DNA of 64,000 nt from Elusimicrobiota bacterium (GTDB taxonomy: Bacteria; Elusimicrobiota; Elusimicrobia; UBA1565), in the NCBI GenBank assembly GCA_043827405.1, contig JBDRPD010000003.1, positions 64,001 through 128,000 on the forward strand, in the 5' to 3' direction. Position numbers and translations under genes: made by a program. Of this stretch, positions 37,989 to 44,449 are shown piece after piece; within the stretch, counting starts at the first letter, position 1; each line of letters begins with the position of its first letter. Under the pieces are notes generated by a model, which was given only the letters and a program-made list of their open reading frames with translations, searched no databases and was not told where the DNA came from.

Positions 37989-38972
37989 GTGGAAACGGCC
38001 AAGAAAGCCCTGCCCTCGGAGAGCCCGGCCGATACCGGCACGGGGGATCTCGGCGCGCCCCTCTATGTCGCCTGGCAGATAACCAATGAGTGCAACTTGG
38101 CCTGCCTGCACTGCATCGAGGAGAGCGGCCCGGGCAAGGCATTCAAGGACGAGCTGCCGAAAGACAAGGTCTTCGCTGTGCTCAAGGAGCTGCTCGACGC
38201 CGAGGTTCCGTACCTGGCGTTTTCGGGCGGCGAGCCGATGATGCATCCGCACTTTTTCGAGATGGTCGAGTTCGTTACCCGGGGCGGCTCCGAGCTGAAG
38301 GTCGAGACCAATGCGCATCTGCTTGACCGCGACGCCTGCCGGCGTCTGGCCGGCTGCGGCATCCGCGCCGCCCAGGTCAGCATGGACGGCGCTTCCGCCG
38401 AGACCTATCAGCGCCTGCGCGCTCGCGGCAGCTTCGACAAGATGCTGGAGGGCGTGCGCGGCCTCAAGGACGCGGGTGTTCCTATCGAAATCAACTACTC
38501 GCCGACCAAGTTCAACGCCGGAGAGATTTCCCGCGCCGTCGACCTCGCCTACGAGCTCGGGGCCGAGAGCTTCTTTACCGGGCGCACCATGTACACCGGC
38601 AATGCCGTGCGCGCCTGGGACCATATCGCTCCTTCCGCCGAGCAGTATGAACGCTTCTTCGCGGATCTGCGCGCGGCTTGCGACAAGTACGAGGGGAAGC
38701 TGCGCGTTCACTACCACGAGATGGGACTCGTTGAGGAGCTGCGCTACCGCATCAAGCATCCGGCGGCCCTCTTCATTGTTCTGCCCAACGGCTTGGTCAA
38801 GCTTATCAACGCCCTGCCCTTCGTCTGCGGCGACCTGCGCGAGGACTCGGTGCTCGAGGTGTGGCGGAACTTCCAAACCGCCTGGAAAAATCCCCAGGTC
38901 GCGGAGTTCGTCGAGTCTCTGGCGGCCGAACCCAAGCTGACCTCGGAGCTGCATAAATGGGTGCGATTGTAA
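37989..38972 (+). CDS. Radical SAM enzyme 1 (PqqE/MftC-like clade)
   Basis: APLYVAWQITNECNLACLHC, FSGGEP, ETNA, QVSMDG. Confidence 0.92.
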   Translation: METAKKALPSESPADTGTGDLGAPLYVAWQITNECNLACLHCIEESGPGKAFKDELPKDKVFAVLKELLDAEVPYLAFSGGEPMMHPHFFEMVEFVTRGGSELKVETNAHLLDRDACRRLAGCGIRAAQVSMDGASAETYQRLRARGSFDKMLEGVRGLKDAGVPIEINYSPTKFNAGEISRAVDLAYELGAESFFTGRTMYTGNAVRAWDHIAPSAEQYERFFADLRAACDKYEGKLRVHYHEMGLVEELRYRIKHPAALFIVLPNGLVKLINALPFVCGDLREDSVLEVWRNFQTAWKNPQVAEFVESLAAEPKLTSELHKWVRL

Positions 38973-39901
38973 AAGATCCGCCGCATTATCAGCGTCCCGC
39001 AGGCGCCTGGGGCGCTTGGGCCCTGCTGTGGAAGATATTCAGCGTGGTGCGCTACCGGTTCTTTCTCTATGCCGGGCTGCTGCCGTACTTGCTGGGCGCG
39101 GCCTGGGCTTATGTCGTGGGCGGCGCCTTTAACCCCCCGGTGTTCTGGATCGGGTTCTGCGGCATATTCCTCTCCGTTGTCGGGGTCGAGGCCTTCAACG
39201 AGTACTTCGACTCGCGTCTGGGGACCGACCGGGTATTCAACCCGGAGGACGAGGATCCGATTCCCGCCTGGGTGCTGGGGCTCGGCATCGCCGCCTTCGC
39301 CGCGGCGGCGGCGACGGGCATCTATCTCGCCAAGGCCGGCGGCTGGCCGGTCATCCTGTACATGTGCCTGGGCGGCTGCGCCGCGGTGTTTTATGTCGGC
39401 CCGCCGATCCGCTGGGTGTATCGCGGGCTGGGCGAGACCATGATCGCCCTGTCCTATGGGCCGTGGATGGTGCTGGGCAGCCTGCACCTGCAGACGCACG
39501 CTTTCTCCTGGGGAGCGCTCCTGGCGTCCCTGGTTCCCGGGCTGCTGATCATGAGCCTGGCGGTGGTTAACGCGATCCCCGATTTCCATCAGGACCGTTT
39601 GGTCGGCAAACGCAATATCGTCGTGCGCGTCGGCCGCTATAACGGCGTCCTCGTCTATCTCGGCTGCTCGCTTCTGGGGCTGGGTATCCCGGTCTTCGGC
39701 GCGGTGCTCGGCGTCTTCAGCAAGTGGACCTTGCTGACCCTGCTCGCCCTGCCCTTGTGGTGGTCCAGCCGCCGCGCGGCCCTGGCGCACTACGATACGC
39801 CGCGCGATTTCGTGCCGGCGGTGCGCGCGATCGTGCTGTGCTATCTGACGGCAACGAGCTTGTTTATCGTCTCGCTGTTTCTGAGCCTGATTAAATGGTG
39901 A
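38957..39901 (+). CDS. UbiA-superfamily prenyltransferase, MenA-like
   Basis: NEYFDSRLGTD, YVGPPIRWVYRGLGE, NAIPDFHQDRLVGKRN; multiple TM helices. Confidence 0.9.
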   Translation: MGAIVKDPPHYQRPAGAWGAWALLWKIFSVVRYRFFLYAGLLPYLLGAAWAYVVGGAFNPPVFWIGFCGIFLSVVGVEAFNEYFDSRLGTDRVFNPEDEDPIPAWVLGLGIAAFAAAAATGIYLAKAGGWPVILYMCLGGCAAVFYVGPPIRWVYRGLGETMIALSYGPWMVLGSLHLQTHAFSWGALLASLVPGLLIMSLAVVNAIPDFHQDRLVGKRNIVVRVGRYNGVLVYLGCSLLGLGIPVFGAVLGVFSKWTLLTLLALPLWWSSRRAALAHYDTPRDFVPAVRAIVLCYLTATSLFIVSLFLSLIKW

Positions 39902-40881
39902 GCACGGCGCACATCGACAGCCTGCGGGCGCCGCTTATGGTTTCCTGGCAGCTGACCCGCGGCTGCAACCTCGCCTGCCTGCACTGCTGCACCGAATCCG
40001 CGCCGGGTAAGGTCCTGGAGGGCGAGCTGAACCGGGCCGAGGCCCTGCGCTTCGCCGCCCGGCTCATCGAGGCGGATGTCCCCTATGTCATGCTCTGCGG
40101 CGGCGAGCCGTTCACCGTGGAGTGGTTTCTCGATGTCGCCAGCCGGCTCGGGAAAAGCGGCGTGCAGCTGAAGATCGAGACCAATGCCCAGCATCTGGAA
40201 GGGTTCGCGCTCGATGTCCTCGCCCGCCTGCCGGTGCGCTCGATCCAGGTCTCCTTGGACGGCGCGTCGCAGACGGCCTACGGCGCCCAGCGGGCCGGCG
40301 GCGATCTCGAGAAGGCGCTCGACTCCTGCCGGCGCATCCGCGCGGCCGGCCTGCCGCTGGAGATCACCTTCGCTCCCACCGTCTATAATATCCACGAAGG
40401 AGAAGCGGTCCTGCGCCGGGCGGTAGAGCTGGGAGCCTTCCGCTTCAATACCGGCCGCCTGATGCGCATCGGCACCGCCGCCAAGTTCTGGGACAAGCTC
40501 GATCCGCCGGAGCGTCATTGGCATGAGTTCCTGGAAATCCTCGAACAAGCGGAACGGGAGTTTTCAGGAGAGATCGAACTTTGCTATCGTCCCTTTACGA
40601 TCCAGGAAGGTTTGCGTGAAGGCTTGTCGGCGCCGCCGGCGACCCTCCTGGTTCTGCCGCACGGCAAGGTCAAGGTGGCGGCTTCGTTGCCTTATATTTG
40701 TGCGGACGTGCGTCGGCAGTCGATCGCGGAATGCTGGGACGCCTACCGGGCGGCTTGGCGGCGTCCAGAGGTGCATAAGGCGATCGAAGCGGTGCTGAAG
40801 GATCCGGGCTTCCTCGAAGAAGCCAACTGCTGGCGGCCGTTGGACGAAGAAGAGCAGTCCGTACCGATTTCCCGCACCTGA
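39895..40881 (+). CDS. Radical SAM enzyme 2 (paralog)
   Basis: APLMVSWQLTRGCNLACLHCC, LCGGEP, ETNA, QVSLDG. Confidence 0.92.
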   Translation: MVSTAHIDSLRAPLMVSWQLTRGCNLACLHCCTESAPGKVLEGELNRAEALRFAARLIEADVPYVMLCGGEPFTVEWFLDVASRLGKSGVQLKIETNAQHLEGFALDVLARLPVRSIQVSLDGASQTAYGAQRAGGDLEKALDSCRRIRAAGLPLEITFAPTVYNIHEGEAVLRRAVELGAFRFNTGRLMRIGTAAKFWDKLDPPERHWHEFLEILEQAEREFSGEIELCYRPFTIQEGLREGLSAPPATLLVLPHGKVKVAASLPYICADVRRQSIAECWDAYRAAWRRPEVHKAIEAVLKDPGFLEEANCWRPLDEEEQSVPISRT

Positions 40882-40947
40882 GGGTGCGGAACAGATCTGC
40901 CGCCGGTCCATGGGCCGGTAGTGGAACTCCGTGATCATGGAGATCGT

Positions 40948-41058
40948 ATGAACGAGAAGAACATCGCGATTAAGGTTGAGAAGCTCGAGTGGGAGACGCC
41001 CTGTCTTGAGGAAGTATCCCAGCGGGTGATGGCTCAGCCCTACATTCGCTTCACGTGA
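40948..41058 (+). CDS. Putative RiPP precursor peptide, 36 aa: MNEKNIAIKVEKLEWETPCLEEVSQRVMAQPYIRFT
   Basis: Below the ORF-track cutoff. GGAG RBS 5 nt before the ATG; TGA overlaps the GTG start of rSAM3 (GTGA); contains a W-x-x-P-x-L leader-type motif; lies inside an RRE plus rSAM operon. Confidence 0.85.
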   Translation: MNEKNIAIKVEKLEWETPCLEEVSQRVMAQPYIRFT

Positions 41059-42038
41059 GCAATCAGAGGGGGGCATCGGTAGGCGACTACCGCGCCCCCC
41101 TCTTTCTCGCGTGGCAGCTGACCAACCGCTGCCAAGCGCACTGCCTCACCTGCTGCGAGGAGTCCGGGCCGGAGAATGCCTGGAAAGACGAGCTCGCGGA
41201 GGATGAGGCTGTTTCTTTCGCCTGCCGCATCGTCGAATCCGGCATCCAGTACGCGGCTTTCGGCGGCGGCGAACCATTGGCCGTTCCCCACTTCTGGAAG
41301 ATCGCCCGCATTCTGGCCTCGGGCGGCGTCGAGCTCAAGCTCGAGACCAACGGCCTGCCCATTGACGACGAGAAGGCCGACATCCTGCAGGCGCTCAAGG
41401 TCTTGTGCGTGCAGATTTCCGTCGACGGAGCGAGCAAGGAAACTTTCGAGAAGGTGCGTCCCGGCGGCGACTACGACGGCGTCATCGCCGCGATCAAGCG
41501 GCTGGTCGCGCGCGGCCTGCATCCCGAATACGTCTTCGTGCCCAACCGGCTCAATGTCCATGAGGCGGCCGCGGCCTACGATCATGCCGTCGACCTCGGC
41601 TGCCGCACCTTCGTCACCGGGCCGATGATGCGCCTCGGCCGCGCGGCGGCGGGCTGGGACGAACTGTCTTTAAACGATGAGCAGTGGAAGGCCGCGGAGG
41701 AAGCCCTGCGTGAGCGCGAGGCCGCGCACCGGAAAGCGGTCAAGCTTTCGATTTATCCCTGGGACATTCGCACCGAGCTGGAGAAGCGCCTGCTCGAGCC
41801 GCAGGCCCTGCTTCTGGTCGTGCCCAACGGCAAGGTCAAGCTGCTCAACGCCCTGCCCTTCGCCCCCGCCGATGTCCGCCAACACAATATCGAGGAAGCC
41901 TGGAGACTCTACAAGGAAGCCTGGAAGTCCGACGAAGTCGAGCACTTCATCAAGGCCTGCCGCACCCGCCCGGAGCTTCTGCTCCACGCCAACGAAACCT
42001 GGCCCATGGGGCAATGGGCCGCACTTAATCCCGCCTAA
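41055..42038 (+). CDS. Radical SAM enzyme 3 (paralog)
   Basis: APLFLAWQLTNRCQAHCLTCC, FGGGEP, ETNG, QISVDG. Confidence 0.92.
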   Translation: MSNQRGASVGDYRAPLFLAWQLTNRCQAHCLTCCEESGPENAWKDELAEDEAVSFACRIVESGIQYAAFGGGEPLAVPHFWKIARILASGGVELKLETNGLPIDDEKADILQALKVLCVQISVDGASKETFEKVRPGGDYDGVIAAIKRLVARGLHPEYVFVPNRLNVHEAAAAYDHAVDLGCRTFVTGPMMRLGRAAAGWDELSLNDEQWKAAEEALREREAAHRKAVKLSIYPWDIRTELEKRLLEPQALLLVVPNGKVKLLNALPFAPADVRQHNIEEAWRLYKEAWKSDEVEHFIKACRTRPELLLHANETWPMGQWAALNPA

Positions 42039-42050
42039 TCCCCCTCAGTA

Positions 42051-43053
42051 AAGGTGCCAGGCATGTTATCCAAAGGAACTTTTTTTCCTGCGGGTCGTAC
42101 TCGGAGATGTACGTCCTTGGTTTATATGCCTCGAATCCCCAGACCTGATAGTGCGAGAGCCTTTGTGCATGTCGTCGCTCGCGGCAATAACAAGGCGCGA
42201 ATATTCCTTGATGTAATTGATAATTCGGAGTTCGTCAGGTTGCTCTCCTTGGGGATTTCACGTTATGGGGCGGAGCTGCATGCTTATTGCTTGATGCCGA
42301 ACCATATCCATTTACTGCTTCGCGATGCTTTAGGCCGGCTGTCGGATATGATGGAGTGGACTCTGGGGAATTATGCCAGAAAGTTTAATAAGCGCCATGG
42401 AAGAGTCGGACATGTTTTCCAAGGCAGGTACCGTGCAAAATTGATTATCCGGACAACCCACTTCTATGTGGCAGGTCGCTATATCCACATGAACCCTGTC
42501 CGAGGAGGGTTGTGTGAACGACCGGAAGATTACCCCTGGAGCAGTATGAGGGCATATCTTGGATTGGAAGAGGCCGGCTTGTTGTCGAGAGAGTCATTGT
42601 GGGCGCCGTACTCAGATTTGGGTTTGGGGTCTGTATCCGCGATGTATGAGTTTACGACGCGCACTCCGTATGCTTCAGATCATGCCGCGTCAGCAGTGCC
42701 CGATGGAGTGGCCGGTAATGCGCTACGTGCCGCCGTGGTAGCTCGGCCTCCAGGTGAGATGCGGGTGATCGAAGAAGTCGCGAACCTCTTCGACGCAAGT
42801 GCCGGCGCGTTGTTGGAGCGCAGCAGAAGACGCCGCTTGAGGATCGCTCGATCAGTCGCGATGCTGGCAGTTAGGGATAAGATCGGAATGCCGCTCGCCG
42901 ATATCGCACGAATTTTCGGTATGAAATCCCAAAACGGCGTCTCGCTTGCGATTAACCGGCTGCGTAAACGAGCATGTGCCGATCGTTGTCTGGTGAATAG
43001 GCTGACAGATTTAGGTTTGACCACGATTGGATAACCTGCCTGGCACCTTATCC
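42051..43053 (+). mobile_element. RAYT-type locus: transposase gene flanked by inverted REP-like copies
   Basis: AAGGTGCCAGGCATGTTATCC at 42051 and GGATAACCTGCCTGGCACCTTATCC at 43029-43053; the interior is visibly more AT-rich than the flanks. Confidence 0.75.
42126..43034 (+). CDS. REP-associated tyrosine transposase (Y1/HUH, IS200-like) with a DnaA-C-like HTH tail
   Basis: MPRIPR...HVVARGNN...AYCLMPNHIHLL...GHVFQGRY...YIHMNPVRGGL...YPWSS; tail ARSVAMLAVR...LADIARIFG. Confidence 0.88.
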   Translation: MPRIPRPDSARAFVHVVARGNNKARIFLDVIDNSEFVRLLSLGISRYGAELHAYCLMPNHIHLLLRDALGRLSDMMEWTLGNYARKFNKRHGRVGHVFQGRYRAKLIIRTTHFYVAGRYIHMNPVRGGLCERPEDYPWSSMRAYLGLEEAGLLSRESLWAPYSDLGLGSVSAMYEFTTRTPYASDHAASAVPDGVAGNALRAAVVARPPGEMRVIEEVANLFDASAGALLERSRRRRLRIARSVAMLAVRDKIGMPLADIARIFGMKSQNGVSLAINRLRKRACADRCLVNRLTDLGLTTIG

Positions 43054-43067
43054 CTTATCTACCTTAT

Positions 43068-43694
43068 CTATTGGGAAAAGCGGCGGTCGGCGTTCTCGAA
43101 TACCTTCAGCACCCGGTCCTCGGTGTTGCCGCGCAGCAGGCGCAGCGGCACCAGGTAGTAGAAGAGCCAGTGCGAGCGCGCTTCTGCTGTTAATTCGATA
43201 TCGAGGTGTTCGGGGCTGTCAGTTCGTTTAGATAACATGCCTGGCACCTTATCTGAAGGATGGAAGGTCAGCTCGCAGCGGACGTCCTGGACCAGGCGCG
43301 TCGGCGTTTCGAGCTTGGCGATCAGACGCGGCGGCTTCTCATCGAGGCGGTCCTCGACCAGCAGCGTCAGCGAGTGGGACCCCTTGAAGTAGCGGCTGAA
43401 GCTGTAGTCGAAGCGGAAGCGCCGGTGCGCCGCCTCATAGCGCAGGCCGTCGATGGATATCATGTACGCCTTCTCGCGGCCGGCGCGCGGTTCGTTGATG
43501 TCGCGCAGCGCCCACTTCTCGTAATCCGCGAAGCCGCGCAGCACCGGCAGGGCGCGAATAAAATTAACGCTGATGGGCCCCGCGCCGGTTAGGTGAAATC
43601 GTCCATCGCTCTTTGTCAGGCGGGCGGAAGCGGCTTCGAGGGGCGCGCAGAGTAGGAGAAGCAGCCCCGCCGCCGTTAGTGGCAGGCGGCGCAT
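43068..43694 (-). CDS. Hypothetical secreted protein containing an in-frame REP copy
   Basis: ATG 43694 (MRRLPLTAAGLLLLLCAPLEA), overlapping the end of the cytochrome gene. Confidence 0.65.
   Translation of the reverse strand: MRRLPLTAAGLLLLLCAPLEAASARLTKSDGRFHLTGAGPISVNFIRALPVLRGFADYEKWALRDINEPRAGREKAYMISIDGLRYEAAHRRFRFDYSFSRYFKGSHSLTLLVEDRLDEKPPRLIAKLETPTRLVQDVRCELTFHPSDKVPGMLSKRTDSPEHLDIELTAEARSHWLFYYLVPLRLLRGNTEDRVLKVFENADRRFSQ
43231..43253. repeat. Fifth REP-like copy, intragenic
   Basis: GATAACATGCCTGGCACCTTATC, one mismatch to the 36535 and 43030 copies. Confidence 0.85.
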
Positions 43695-44320
43695 TTTAAG
43701 GTGCCGGTCGGCTTCTTCCAGTGCGCGGGCGCCGGATCGCGGCGGTGGCAGTCCATGCACCAGCCCATGGACATGCGGCTGACCTTCTGTACGCGATCCA
43801 TGGTCTGCACCGGACCATGGCATTCCTGGCACAGGATATTGTTGCCGATATGGCTCTGGTGGCTGTATCTTACGTAGCCGGGAAGCCGATGCACCCGGAT
43901 CCATTCCACTTCATCGCTCGTTACCTTCAGCGCTTCGCGGTCATGGCATTGCAGGCAGTGATTCAGTTTCGGATAGCCTGTCTTCTCGCCTTTGCCGGCT
44001 TCGCGGTGGCAGCTCCAGCAGGCCAGACCCAGGTCACCCGCATGCTTCTTGTGTGAAAAAGCAACCGGCTGCTCCGGCGCGAAGCCGAAGTTCAGCCCCA
44101 CGCCGCCGAAAGCCCAAAAGGCCGCCAGCAAGCCGGGAAGCATGACCGCGCCCGCGCCGCCGGGCTGTCCCTTGCGCAGCAGCCAGATCGCGACCGCCAG
44201 AATGATAAGCAGAAAAAGCAGGCCGAGGATGGATATGCTCTCGCCGGTATCCGGCAGGGGCAAGGTGCTGAGATCGATGCTTAGCGCCGCCTCGTTGTAA
44301 ATCTCGGAGATGTTTTTCAT
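43676..44320 (-). CDS. Membrane-anchored pentaheme c-type cytochrome (ActA/cytochrome c3-like)
   Basis: Five CxxCH motifs (CWSCH, CLQCH, CQECH, CMDCH, CAACH); PEQPVAFSHKKHAG, WIRVHRLPGYV, SMGWCMDCH; two N-terminal TMs. Confidence 0.9.
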   Translation of the reverse strand: MKNISEIYNEAALSIDLSTLPLPDTGESISILGLLFLLIILAVAIWLLRKGQPGGAGAVMLPGLLAAFWAFGGVGLNFGFAPEQPVAFSHKKHAGDLGLACWSCHREAGKGEKTGYPKLNHCLQCHDREALKVTSDEVEWIRVHRLPGYVRYSHQSHIGNNILCQECHGPVQTMDRVQKVSRMSMGWCMDCHRRDPAPAHWKKPTGTLKCAACH

Positions 44321-44449
44321 TAACCGAGCATATTATGCAAAATGCGGCCGCCGGGCAGGCAAAGGGCCCAATTTCGCCTGCATCCAATGGCGCTATTCGG
44401 GGATACCAAAAGCCCCCTGTGCTGATTTCTTATACCGCCATACTTTAGT

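Noticed and set aside
40948..41058. Precursor as a sactipeptide or ranthipeptide
   Set aside because: It has only one Cys, located inside the presumed leader motif, and the rSAMs lack the auxiliary-cluster ligands used for thioether formation.
37989..42038. Cluster as canonical PQQ, mycofactocin or heme d1/Ahb biosynthesis
   Set aside because: The peptide lacks the PqqA ExxxY and MftA IDGxCGVY motifs; no pqqB/C, mftD/E/F or ahbA/B genes are present; the rSAMs lack SPASM cysteines.
42054..42125. N-terminal extension of the RAYT ORF (MPGMLSKG...)
   Set aside because: It is a translation of the flanking REP copy; the family-typical start MPR.PR is at 42126.
36479..43253. 23-bp repeats as a CRISPR array
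   Set aside because: Copies are dispersed and in both orientations, without regular spacers or cas genes; they fit REP elements beside a RAYT.
43695..43904. Upstream part of the 278-aa ORF 43068-43904
   Set aside because: Overlaps the cytochrome gene in another frame; the signal peptide starts at 43694.
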